Source: Octopus sinensis (Eukaryota). From it: 64,000 nucleotides of DNA. The stretch is taken from the NCBI RefSeq assembly GCF_006345805.1, contig NC_042998.1, positions 197,532,001 through 197,596,000 of the forward strand. Direction: 5' to 3'. This document shows, piece by piece, positions 41,761-55,900 of this stretch. Numbering within the stretch: the first letter of the stretch is position 1; each line of letters opens with the position of its first letter. The notes below the pieces were generated by a model. That model was not told the DNA's origin, did no database searches, and saw only the letters and a list, made by a program, of their open reading frames with translations. The translations under genes were made by a program, and so were the position numbers.

Positions 41761-43095
41761 TAATAATAATAATAATGATAATAATAATAATAATGATAAT
41801 AATAATAGCAACAACAATGACAGGAACAGGAACAAGAACAACAACAACAACAGGAATAGGAACAAAACAAGAATAACAAGAACAACAATAATGAAAATAA
41901 TGAATTTTTTTTATTAATCACAATTGTTGGCTAAAAGATTGAGTATGGTACCGAATGATATGGTGTGAGATTTCATGAACAAGGTGTAAACAAGTGAAAT
42001 AACAAGAATAAGAAAAAGTTTGAGAGCTATTCCTATTTCTTTGTTGCCCACAGTGCATAACTGGTACTTAATTTAATAACCCTGAAAGGATGAAAGGCAA
42101 AGTCGACCTTGACGGAATTTGAACTCAGAATGCAACGGCAGACGAAATACCTATTTCTTTACTACCCACAAGGGGCTAAACACAGAGAGGACAGACAAAC
42201 GGATTAAGTCGATTATATCAACCTCAGTGCATAACTGGTACTTAATTTATCGACCCCGAAAGGATGAAAGGCAAAGTTGACCTCAACGGAATTTGAACTC
42301 AGAATGCAACGACAGACAAAATACCTATTTTTTTACTACCCACAAGGGGCTAAACATAGAGGGGACAAACAAGGACAGACAAACGGATTAAGTCAATTAT
42401 ATCGACCCCAGTGCGTTAACTGGTACTTATTTAATCGACCCCGAAAGGATGAAAGGCAAAGTCAACCTCGGCAGAATTTGAACTCAGAACGTAACGACAG
42501 ACGAAATACCGCTAAGTATTTCGCCCGGCACGCTAACGATTCTGCCAGCTCGCTGCCTTCAAGTTTGAGAGCTATTCGTGAAAGCCCCACAAAATCAATA
42601 GTCACCCCGAGTAGTAAAGCAAACACCCTCTCTTAGCTGTTCTCCTCCAATATATATGCACATGCTCAGAGCAGGCCTGTTCACTCAGGTCATACTTGCT
42701 ACACTCATCCATCTTTCAACAAATTTGCTGGGAGGCAGCAGTTCCCTCTTTAACCCAATTTTCCTTTTCAAGTGAAAGTTGAAAAAGTTGCAGGCCTGGA
42801 TAAAAAGGAAGGTGTGTGTCTTTCATCAAGGCCTTCAGACAGATAAAAATCGACTACTCCTTCTGGCCAAAAGAAGGCAATGGAATGATCTTTCCAACAG
42901 ACTCAGCAGTTTGACAAAACTCCACAAACCAGCAATGCTTGGGTACCGTGTGAACAGTTTCAATACCCACTTCATATCTTGGACAGACCGGGATTTTTGG
43001 AAATTATCCTTGCACACTTTGCTGCCATTTCTCTCTGCTGCTCTCTCTTGCACTCTTGCTGTCTTCCACTCTCTTTCTCTCTCTCTCCCTCTCTT

Positions 43096-43126
<31 letters not shown>

Positions 43127-44136
43127 TTCTCTCTCTCCCCCTCTCTCTCTCTCTCTCCCTCTCTCTCTCTCTTCCCCTCTCTCCCCCTCTCTCTCCCCTC
43201 CCCTCTCTCCCCCTCTCTCTCCCTCCCCATCTCCCTTTCTATATCCCCTCTCTCCCTCTCTCTCTCTTTCTCCCACCTCTCCTTCCCCTCCCCTCCCCTC
43301 TCTTTCTCTCTCCCTCTCTCTCTCTTTCTCCACCCTCTCTTCCCCTCCCCTCCCCCTCTCTTTCTCTCTCCTCTCTCTCTCTCTTTCTCCCACCCTCTCT
43401 TCCCCTCCCCTCCCCTCTCTTTCTCTCTCCCTCTCTCTCTCTCACTCTGTCTCTGACCAGGTAGCCATGTACTTTCTCTACAAAAAGACACCTGTTTCTG
43501 CCCCTCTGTTTCTCTGTCACACTCTAACCTTTCATCATCTGACACACGATCCCCTCCTCCAATGCCCCCCCTCCCCTCTCAAAGGATCTTTGTCTTGCAA
43601 GTTACTTGGTTACCCTGCCGGTGCTGGTGCCATGTAAAAAGCATCAGGTCCACACTGTAAAGTGGTTGGCATTTGGAAGGGCATCCAACTGTAAAAACCA
43701 TGCCAAAACTGACCTTGCCTATGCTCATGCAACATAAAACAAAGCACTCAGTCCAGTCTGCAGGGTGGTTCATGCTTGGAAAGGTATCCAGTTGTAAAAA
43801 CTATGCCAAAACAGACACTGAAGCTTGGTGCAGTCTTCTGCCTGGCCAGCCTCTGTCAAACTGTCCAACCCATGCCAGCATGGAAAGCAGATGTTAAACG
43901 ATGATGATAATATGCACTCACACACACACACTACACACACACACACACTGCACACACACTACACACTACACACACACACACTACACACACACACACACTA
44001 CACACACACACACACTACACACACACACACACACACTACACACACACACTACACACACACACATTACACACACACACACACTACACACACACACACACAC
44101 ACACTACACACACTACACACACACACACCACACACA

Positions 44137-44176
<40 letters not shown>

Positions 44177-46220
44177 GAATTCTATATAATTTTTTCATTT
44201 TACATCTGTGTGTCAATGCTAATGGCTATATTATTGAGGCATTGTTTCGTAGCTAGATACATTTCCTGTCACAAACTCTCACCTTTTTTTCAAGTAAGGG
44301 ATCTCTTCATGGAAGTGTAAAACATACTACACTACACAAGTAGCAATCTAAAGCAAGAAAGAACAACAGCTTCGCCCATTAGATTTTTGAACCCTGTATC
44401 AACCCCCAATTACATTCTATCTGATCAAATTAGATTAAATCATCTATAAATATGTTGTGTTTCTCTTCCTCTGCTCATTTAACTGTTCTGTGGCAGATGC
44501 TCAGGAGCAATAAACACTGGAAATGTGCAGAGAACAGCTTCTGTCACATTCCAGGGAGAAAAACTAGAAGTAGTTGACAGCTTCCGTAACCTAGGTGACC
44601 AAGTCAGTAGCTGGGGAGGGTGCGCTGAAAGTGTAGCTGTTGGAATAAGAATAACCTGGGCAAAGTTCAGGGAGCTTTTACCTCTGCTGGTGACAAAGGG
44701 CCTCTCGTTCACAGTAAAAGGTAGACTGTATGATGCATGCGTATGAACAGCCATGCCACATGGTAGTGAAACATGGGCCGTGACTGCTGAAAACATGTGT
44801 AAGCTTGCAAAGAATGAAGCCAGTATGCTCTGCTGGATGTGTAGTGTCAGTGTGCATACACGACAGATTATAAGCGCCTTGAGAGAAAAGTTGGACGTAA
44901 GAAGCATCAGATGTGGTGTGTGAGAGAGACAACTACACTGGTATGGACATGCGGTGCAAGTGAATGAGAACATCTGTGTGAAAAAGTGTCACACTCTAGC
45001 AGTTGAGGGAATCTGTGGAAGAGGTAGACTCAGGAAGACCTGGGATGAGGTGGTGAAGCACGATCTCCGAACATTGGGCCTCACTGAGGCAATGACTAGT
45101 GACCGAGACCTTTGGAAATATGCTGTGCTTGAGAAGACCCGGCAAGCCAAATGAGACCATAATCTGTGGCCTTTACCAGGGTGTAACCAGCCCACTTATG
45201 CATACCTTTCTTTCGTTGGACACTAAAGAGTGGAACATTAAAAGCACCATCCAAGCGTGATTGCCACGGCCACTGACTGCCTCCTGTGCTGGTGGCACAT
45301 AAAAAGCACCAATCGAGCATGATCATTACTAGCATTGCCTTACTGGCACTTGTGCTGGTGGCACGTGAAAAACAAAATTTGAACGTGGTCGTCGCCAGTA
45401 CCGCTGGACTGGCTCCTGTGCAGGTGGCACATAAAAAACACCATTTGAATGTGGCTGTTGCCAGTACTGCCAGACTGGCCACTGTGCCAGTAGCACGTAC
45501 AAGCACCCACTACACTTTCATAGTGGTTGGCATTAGGAAGGGCATCCAGCTGTAGAAACTCTGCCAGATCAGATTGTAGCCTGGTGCAACCATCTGGCTT
45601 GCCAGTCCTCAGTCAAACCATCCAACCCATGCCAGCATGGAAAGCGGACATTAAACGATGATGAGGATGATCTTTAGTTTTTGTTTCTTGAAATTTTCCA
45701 GCCATGACCATTATTTTTTTTATATTTCAGATATAGTGTACTTGACACTATATTATCCAAAGAGATATTTTCAGAAGTTGGAGAGAGTATTGTTTTAAAC
45801 TTCTATAACTAGCAGAATGAGTGACCTTATAAGGCATCCTCATTGACTCTTCAGCTACCTAGTTCTCTAATTAGTGCTCATAATGTGTAATATCCTCATT
45901 ACAAAAAGATTAATTGCTAATTAATAATTTACAGAACCATATTTGGTTGGTGGCACGTAAAAAGCACCATCCGAATCGTGGCCGAAGCCAGTGCCGCCTT
46001 GACTGGCTTCTGTGCCGGTGGCATGTAAAGTACACCAATCCGACAGTGCAGGTGGCACGTAAAAAGCACCCACTACACGCATGGAGTGGTTGGCGTTAGG
46101 AAGGGCATCCAGCTGTAGAAACATTGCCAGATAAGACCGGAGCCTGGTGCAGCCTTCTGGCTTCCCAGATCCCTGGTCGAACCGTCCAACCCATGCTAGC
46201 ATGGAGAATGGACGGTAAAC

Positions 46221-46253
<33 letters not shown>

Positions 46254-46941
46254 ATTTGAAAATCTGTTGGAAGGCAAAATCTTACTTCAATGAATTTCTT
46301 GGCTTTCTTGTAATGTGCAATAACTGGATTCATTCGTTCTTTGTAAGTTTGGACATGGAGAGCAACCAATCCTGGAATGTATGCACTCGTATTAACCTTT
46401 GCTTCTAACTTTGTAAGACATTTCTCAATGCTTGTTGATTCTTCAGTATGTATGTAAACCACAACCATAATCTGGTCAGGTCGTATCTAAATGATGAGAA
46501 AAGTGAGAAAGATAATTATTCAATTGTCTCTGCTTGGGGTTGAGTTTTCAAACCAACTAATTTAGGGCAGGTGTCTACTTTATATATACAAATATCTGAG
46601 ATGAGTCATTGGTAGTGTTACACGGAGTATTTATATTGCTGTTAATAGCTTTATATTATATTATTTTTAATGACCATTGGGCCGTTGCCAGCTTCGTCTA
46701 GTACCCGTGCCGGTTGCACGTAATAAGCACCATCCGATCGTGGCCGTTTGCCAGCCTCATCTAGCACCTGTGCCGGTGGCACATAAAAAGCACCCACTAC
46801 ACTCATGGAGTGGTTGGCGTTAGGAAGGGCATCCAGCTGTAGAAACTCTGCCAGATCTGAATGGCCTGGTGCAACCTTTGGGCTTCCCAGACCCCAGTCG
46901 AACCATCCAACCCATGCTAGCATGGAAAGCGGACGTTAAAC

Positions 46942-46980
<39 letters not shown>

Positions 46981-49900
46981 TGACCTTTGGGATTGATGAA
47001 AAGACATTTTTACTGCTTTGTAAGGGAAAGAAGGACAATGCTTAACCTAACCCTTTATTTATTTCAGGGTCTCTAAGGCTGTTGAGAATTTAGGAAATTA
47101 CTTCAGATGAGAAACTTTGTCCAAATACTTGCAACACCTTAAATTTTACTGAAGGCACCTAAAGACTAGGTGGTAGTAGTGTTAAACTGAGTAATGGATT
47201 AAGTCTACTACCCAAGAACTTGGAACATAAAGAGCCACAACAAATGCTTTGCAGTTTCATTGTTGATATAACTCATTGGGTGACATGCCATGCTTGAGGA
47301 GTAAATCAAAATCAAATCAAATTACAATCAAATGGAAATTGTAGTTGTGGCCGATGCCAGTGCTGCCTGACTGGCTCCCCTGCTGGTGGCACGCAATAAG
47401 CAGCATTCGTGCTTGGGTTGTTGTCAGAGTCACCTGACTGGCTCCCCATGCTGGTGGCATGTAAAAAGCACCATCCGAATGTGGTTGATGCAGCCCCCAA
47501 CTGGCTCCTGTGCTGGCAAAACATAAAAAGCACCATCCAAACATGGCCAGTGCCAGTGCCGCCTGACTGGCTCCCATGCCGGTGGCACGTAAAAAGCACC
47601 CACTACACTCTCGGAGTGGTTGACATTAGGAAGGGCATCCAGCTGTAGAAACATTGCCAGATCAGATTGGAGCCTGGTGCAGCCTCCTGGCTTGCCAGTC
47701 TCCAGTCAAACCGTCCAACCCATGCTAGCATGGAAAATGGACGTTAAACGATGATGATGATGATGATGATGGTGTTGTAAATAGACATTCCAAAGATGAG
47801 GCTTATATGTGGAAGCAATAATGTGAATTCCTTCTACCATAGAACTGTATTTATTTTGAATAGACAACCATTTACAGCAGTTAGATAACAATACTCTTTT
47901 ACTCTTTTACTCTTTTACTTGTTTCAGTCATTTGACTGCGGCCATGCTGGAGCACCGCCAGTACTTATTCTATCGGTCTCTTTTGCCGAACCGCTAAGTG
48001 GCGGGGACGTAAACACACCAGCATCGGTTATCAAGCAATGCTAGGGGGACAAACACAGACACAAACACATACACACACACATATATATATACATATATAC
48101 GATGGGCTTCTTTCAGTTTCCATCTACCAAATCCACTCACAAGGCATTGGTCGGCCCGAGGCTATAGCAGAAGACACTTGCCCAAGATGCCACGCAGTGG
48201 GACTGAACCCGGAACCATGTGGTTGGTAAGCAAGCTACTTACCACACAGCCACTCCTGCGCCTAATAAGAATACAAAGAAAATAAAGCAGGTGAGGGTTA
48301 TTAACTGTCTCAACCAGATTAGCAAAACTGTATGTAATTTCTACAACCAGCCTGAATGAATTAGTCGAGAGTTGTCTGCCTATTATTGAAACAAATTCGT
48401 GCTCACGTAAATTAGGGGAGTGATGAAGTCAGGGGTGTAAAACTGAGGTACTCACGCAATGTTCAAAAGCTGCAACCTGCTCCATGGTTGTTGGATAATC
48501 TACCACAATAAAACATCGAGCTTCTGGACATTTATCAAGGTTTTTTTTAATAAAACCTCTCTGCAAAATTAGAAGCAAAAAAAAATAAATAAATAAATGA
48601 CATGTAAGGAACTAAGGAATGGTTTTTTTTCTAATTTAGGTACAAGGCCAGTAACTTTGAGGGGAGGGTTTAGTTGATACCATTGACTCCAGTACTTGAC
48701 TGGTACTTTGTTTTATTGGCCTCAAAGGAATGAAAGACAAAGCTGACCTTGGCAGGATTTGATCTCAGAGTGTAGAGGCCTGGAATAAATACTGCAAAGC
48801 ATTTTCTCCAATGTTCCAACAATTTCTACCAGTTTGCTGCCTTAAACAATGATAGTTGTTGTCTTAGGCATAAGGCCAATAATTTTGGGGAAGGTGTTAG
48901 ATGTTACTATCGACCCCCAGCTCATAATCTGGTACTTTATTTTATAGACCCCAAAATAGTTGATTAGCTCCAGGTTGACCTGAATGTGCAAACTGATGAT
49001 CAAAGACCCCCAGCTAAGACCATCCCATCTTTTATATTTTATAGACCCCAAAATAGTTGATTAGCTCCAGGTTGACCTGAATGTGCAAACTGATGATCAA
49101 AGACCCTCAGCTAAGACCATCCCATCTTTTATATTTTATAGACCCCAAAATAGTTGATTAGCTCCAGGTTGACCTGAATGAGCAAACTGATGATCAAAGA
49201 CCCTCAGCTAAGACCATCCCATCTTTTATATTTTATAGACCCCAAAATAGTTGATTAGCTCCAGGTTGACCTGAATGAGCAAACTGATGATCAAGACCCC
49301 CAGCTAAGACCATCCCATCTTTTATATTTTATAGACCCCAAAATAGTTGATTAGCTCCAGGTTGACCTGAATGTGCAAACTGATGATCAAAGACCCTCAG
49401 CCAAGACCATCCCATCTTTTATATTTTATAGACCCCAAAATAGTTGATTAGCTCCAGGTTGACCTGAATGTGCAAACTGATGATCAAAGACCCCCAGCTA
49501 AGACCATCCCATCTTTTATATTTTATAGACCCCAAAATAGTTGATTAGCTCCAGGTTGACCTGAATGTGCAAACTGATGATCAAAGACCCCCAGCTAAGA
49601 CCATCCCATCTTTTATTTTTATAGACCCCAAAATAGTTGATTAGCTCCAGGTTGACCTGAATGTGCAAACTGATGATCAAAGACCCCCAGCTAAGACCAT
49701 CCCATCTTTTATATTTTATAGACCCCAAAATAGTTGATTAGCTCCAGGTTGACCTGAATGTGCAAACTGATGATCAAAGACCCTCAGCTAAGACCATCCC
49801 ATCTTTTATATTTTATAGACCCCAAAATAGTTGATTAGCTCCAGGTTGACCTGAATGTGCAAACTGATGATCAAAGACCCCCAGCTAAGACCATCCATCT

Positions 49901-52900
49901 TTTATATTTTATAGACCCCAAAATAGTTGATTAGCTCCAGGTTGACCTGAATGTGCAAACTGATGATCAAAGACCCCCAGCTAAGACCATCCCATCTTTT
50001 ATATTTTATAGACCCCAAAATAGTTGATTAGCTCCAGGTTGACCTGAATGTGCAAACTGATGATCAAAGACCCCCAGCTAAGACCATCCCATCTTTTATA
50101 TTTTATAGACCCCAAAATAGTTGATTAGCTCCAGGTTGACCTGAATGTGCAAACTGATGATCAAAGACCCTCAGCTAAGACCATCCCATCTTTTATATTT
50201 TATAGACCCCAAAATAGTTGATTAGCTCCAGGTTGACCTGAATGTGCAAACTGATGATCAAAGACCCCCAGCTAAGACCATCCCATCTTTTATATTTTAT
50301 AGACCCCAAAATAGTTGATTAGCTCCAGGTTGACCTCAATGTGCAAACTGATGATCAAAGACCCCCAGCTAAGACCATCCATCTTTTATATTTTATAGAC
50401 CCCAAAATAGTTGATTAGCTCCAGGTTGACCTGAATGTGCAAACTGATGATCAAAGACCCTCAGCTAAGACCATCCCATCTTTTATATTTTATAGACCCC
50501 AAAATAGTTGATTAGCTCCAGGTTGACCTGAATGTGCAAACTGATGATCAAAGACCCCCAGCTAAGACCATCCCATCTTTTATATTTTATAGACCCCAAA
50601 ATAGTTGATTAGCTCCAGGTTGACCTGAATGTGCAAACTGATGATCAAGACCCTCAGCTAAGACCATCCCATCTTTTATTTTATAGACCCCAAAATAGTT
50701 GATTAGCTCCAGGTTGACCTGAATGTGCAAACTGATGATCAAAGACCCCCAGCTAAGACCATCCCATCTTTTATATTTTATAGACCCCAAAATAGTTGAT
50801 TAGCTCCAGGTTGACCTGAATGTGCAAACTGATGATCAAAGACCCCCAGCTAAGACCATCCCATCTTTTATATTTTATAGACCCCAAAATAGTTGATTAG
50901 CTCCAGGTTGACCTGAATGTGCAAACTGATGATCAAAGACCCCCAGCTAAGACCATCCCATCTTTTATATTTTATAGACCCCAAAATAGTTGATTAGCTC
51001 CAGGTTGACCTGAATGTGCAAACTGATGATCAAAGACCCCCAGCTAAGACCATCCCATCTTTATATTTTATAGACCCCAAAATAGTTGATTAGCTCCAGG
51101 TTGACCTGAATGAGCAAACTGATGATCAAAGACCCTCAGCTAAGACCATCCCATCTTTTATATTTTATAGACCCCAAAATAGTTGATTAGCTCCAGGTTG
51201 ACCTGAATGAGCAAACTGATGATCAAAGACCCCCAGCTAAGACCATCCCATCTTTTATATTTTATAGACCCCCAAAATAGTTGATTAGCTCCAGGTTGAC
51301 CTGAATGAGCAAACTGATGATCAAAGACCCCCAGCTAAGACCATCCCATCTTTTATATTTATAGACCCACAAAATAGTTGATTAGCTCCAGGTTGACCTG
51401 AATGAGCAAACTGATGATCAAAGACCCCCAGCTAAGACCATCCCATCTTTTATTTTATAGACCCCAAAATAGTTGATTAGCTCCAGGTTGACCTGAATGA
51501 GCAAACTGATGATCAAAGACCCTCAGCTAAGACCATCCCATCTTTTATATTTTATAGACCCCAAAATAGTTGATTAGCTCCAGGTTGACCTGAATGAGCA
51601 ACTGATGATCAAAGACCCCCAGCTAAGACCATCCCATCTTTTATATTTTATAGACCCCCAAAATAGTTGATTAGCTCCAGGTTGACCTGAATGAGCAAAC
51701 TGATGATCAAAGACCCCCAGCTAAGACCATCCCATCTTTTATATTTTATAGACCCCCAAAATAGTTGATTAGCTCCAGGTTGACCTGAATGAGCAAACTG
51801 ATGATCAAAGACCCCCAGCTAAGACCATCCCATCTTTTATATTTTATAGACCCCAAAATAGTTGATTAGCTCCAGGTTGACCAGAATGAGCAAACTGATG
51901 ATCAAAGACCCTCAGCTAAGACCATCCCATCTTTTATATTATAGACCCCAAAATAGTTGATTAGCTCCAGGTTGACCTGAATGAGCAACTGATGATCAAA
52001 GACCCTCAGCTAAGACCATCCCATCTTTTATATTTTATAGACCCCAAAATAGTTGATTAGCTCCAGGTTGACCTGAATGAGCAAACTGATGATCAAAGAC
52101 CCCCAGCTAAGACCATCCCATCTTTTATATTTTATAGACCCCAAAATAGTTGATTAGCTCCAGGTTGACCTGAATGAGCAAACTGATGATCAAAGACCCC
52201 CAGCTAAGACCATCCCATCTTTTATATTTTATAGACCCCAAAATAGTTGATTAGCTCCAGGTTGACCTGAATGAGCAAACTGATGATCAAAGACCCTCAG
52301 CTAAGACCATCCCATCTTTTATATTTTATAGACCCCAAAATAGTTGATTAGCTCCAGGTTGACCTGAATGTGCAAACTGATGATCAAAGACCCCCAGCTA
52401 AGACCATCCCATCTTTTATATTTTATAGACCCCCAAAATGGTTGATTAGCTCCAGGTTGACCTGAATGTGCAAACTGATGATCAAAGACCCCCAGCTAAG
52501 ACCATCCCATCTTTTATATTTTATAGACCCCAAAAGTTGATTAGCTCCAGGTTGACCTGAATGTGCAAACTGATGATCAAAGACCCCCAGCTAAGACCAT
52601 CCCATCTTTTATATTTTATAGACCCCAAAATAGTTGATTAGCTCCAGGTTGACCTGAATGTGCAAACTGATGATCAAAGACCCCCAGCTAAGACCATCCC
52701 ATCTTTATATTTTATAGACCCCAAAATAGTTGATTAGCTCCAGGTTGACCTGAATGAGCAAACTGATGATCAAAGACCCTCAGCTAAGACCATCCCATCT
52801 TTTATATTTTATAGACCCCAAAATAGTTGATTAGCTCCAGGTTGACCTGAATGTGCAAACTGATGATCAAAGACCCCCAGCTAAGACCATCCCATCTTTT

Positions 52901-55900
52901 ATATTTTATAGACCCCAAAATAGTTGATTAGCTCCAGGTTGACCTGAATGAGCAAACTGATGATCAAAGACCCCCAGCTAAGACCATCCCATCTTTTATA
53001 TTTATAGACCCCAAAATAGTTGATTAGCTCCAGGTTGACCTGAATGTGCAAACTGATGATCAAAGACCCCCAGCTAAGACCATCCCATCTTTTATATTTT
53101 ATAGACCCCCAAAATAGTTGATTAGCTCCAGGTTGACCTGATGTGCAAACTGATGATCAAAGACCCCCAGCTAAGACCATCCCATCTTTTATATTTTATA
53201 GACCCCAAAATAGTTGATTAGCTCCAGGTTGACCTGAATGTGCAAACTGATGATCAAAGACCCTCAGCTAAGACCATCCCATCTTTTATATTTTATAGAC
53301 CCCAAAATAGTTGATTAGCTCCAGGTTGACCTGAATGTGCAAACTGATGATCAAAGACCCCCAGCTAAGACCATCCCATCTTTATATTTTATAGACCCCA
53401 AAATAGTGATTAGCTCCAGGTTGACCTGAATGAGCAAACTGATGATCAAAGACCCTCAGCTAAGACCATCCCATCTTTTATATTTTATAGACCCCAAAAT
53501 AGTTGATTAGCTCCAGGTTGACCTGAATGAGCAAACTGATGATCAAAGACCCTCAGCTAAGACCATCCCATCTTTTATATTTTATAGACCCCAAAATAGT
53601 TGATTAGCTCCAGGTTGACCTGAATGTGCAAACTGATGATCAAAGACCCCCAGCTAAGACCATCCCATCTTTTATATTTTATAGACCCCAAAATAGTTGA
53701 TTAGCTCCAGGTTGACCTGAATGTGCAAACTGATGATCAAAGACCCTCAGCTAAGACCATCCCATCTTTATATTTTATAGACCCCAAAATAGTTGATTAG
53801 CTCCAGGTTGACCAGAATGTGCAAACTGATGATCAAAGACCCCCAGCTGAGACCATCCCATCTTTTATATTTTATAGACCCCAAAATAGTTGATTAGCTC
53901 CAGGTTGACCTGAATGTGCAAACTGATGATCAAAGACCCTCAGCTAAGACCATCCCATCTTTTATATTTTATAGACCCCAAAATTTGATTAGCTCCAGGT
54001 TGACCTGAATGTGCAAACTGATGATCAAAGACCCCCAGCTAAGACCATCCCATCTTTTATATTTTATAGACCCCAAAATAGTTGATTAGCTCCAGGTTGA
54101 CCTGAATGTGCAAACTGATGATCAAAGACCCTCAGCTAAGACCATCCCATCTTTTATATTTTATAGACCCCAAAATAGTTGATTAGCTCCAGGTTGACCT
54201 GAATGTGCAAACTGATGATCAAAGACCCCCAGCTAAGACCATCCCATCTTTTATATTTTATAGACCCCAAAAGTTGATTAGCTCCAGGTTGACCTGAATG
54301 TGCAAACTGATGATCAAAGACCCCCAGCTAAGACCATCCATCTTTTATATTTTATAGACCCCAAAATAGTTGATTAGCTCCAGGTTGACCTGAATGAGCA
54401 AACTGATGATCAAAGACCCTCAGCTAAGACCATCCCATTTTTATATTTTATAGACCCCAAAATAGTTGATTAGCTCCAGGTTGACCTGAATGAGCAAACT
54501 GATGATCAAAGACCTCAGCTAAGACCATCCCATCTTTTATATTTTATAGACCCCAAAATAGTTGATTAGCTCCAGGTTGACCTGATGTGCAAACTGATGA
54601 TCAAAGACCCCCAGCTAAGACCATCCCATCTTTTATATTTATAGACCCCAAAATAGTTGATTAGCTCCAGGTTGACCTGAATGTGCAAACTGATGATCAA
54701 AGACCCCCAGCTAAGACCATCCCATCTTTTATATTTTATAGACCCCAAAATAGTTGATTAGCTCCAGGTTGACCTGAATGTGCAAACTGATGATCAAAGA
54801 CCCCCAGCTAAGACCATCCCATCTTTTATATTTATAGACCCCAAAATAGTTGATTAGCTCCAGGTTGACCTGAATGTGCAAACTGATGATCAAAGACCCC
54901 CAGCTAAGACCATCCCATCTTTTATATTTTATAGACCCCAAAATAGTTGATTAGCTCCAGGTTGACCTGAATGTGCAAACTGATGATCAAAGACCCCCAG
55001 CTAAGACCATCCCATCTTTTATATTTTATAGACCCCAAAATAGTTGATTAGCTCCAGGTTGACCTGAATGTGCAAACTGATGATCAAAGACCCCCAGCTA
55101 AGACCATCCCATCTTTTATTTTATAGACCCCAAAATAGTTGATTAGCTCCAGGTTGACCTGAATGAGCAAACTGATGATCAAAGACCCTCAGCTAAGACC
55201 ATCCCATCTTTTATATTTTATAGACCCCAAAATAGTTGATTAGCTCCAGGTTGACCTGAATGTGCAAACTGATGATCAAAGACCCCCAGCTAAGACCATC
55301 TCATCTTTTATATTTTATAGACCCCAAAATAGTTGATTAGCTCCAGGTTGACCTGAATGTGCAAACTGATGATCAAAGACCCCCAGCTAAGACCATCCCA
55401 TCTTTTATATTTTATAGACCCCAAAATAGTTGATTAGCTCCAGGTTGACCTGAATGTGCAAACTGATGATCAAAGACCCCCAGCTAAGACCATCCCATCT
55501 TTTATATTTTATAGACCCCAAAATAGTTGATTAGCTCCAGGTTGACCTGAATGAGCAAATTGATGATCAAAGACCCTCAGCTAAGACCATCCCATCTTTT
55601 ATATTTTATAGACCCCAAAATAGTTGATTAGCTCCAGGTTGACCTGAATGTGCAAACTGATGATCAAAGACCCCCAGCTAAGACCATCCCATCTTTTATA
55701 TTTTATAGACCCCAAAATAGTTGATTAGCTCCAGGTTGACCTGAATGTGCAAACTGATGATCAAAGACCCTCAGCTAAGACCATCCCATCTTTTATATTT
55801 TATAGACCCCAAAATAGTTGATTAGCTCCAGGTTGACCTGAATGTGCAAACTGATGATCAAAGACCCCCAGCTAAGACCATCCCATCTTTTATATTTTAT

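Larger units (their letters stand above)
40597..41890. repeat. Cluster of (AAT)n tracts (40597-40800, 40947-41139, 41689-41890)
   Basis: Direct. Confidence 0.9.

Noticed and set aside
39689-44320. Poly-I, poly-M, poly-N, poly-HT and ERG-rich ORFs in the track
   Set aside because: They are translations of microsatellites and the C/T tract.
44283-44347. Strong-looking acceptor and donor pair on the minus strand
   Set aside because: It has stops in all three frames; at most a pseudo-exon or poison exon.
48995-49085. TGATGA ... CTGA spaced ~85 nt across adjacent satellite units (box C/D snoRNA-like), and CTGATGA as a hammerhead core
   Set aside because: Box C lacks the leading purine, the terminal stem is weak and the motif is antisense to the host gene. 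There is no GAAA partner for a hammerhead.
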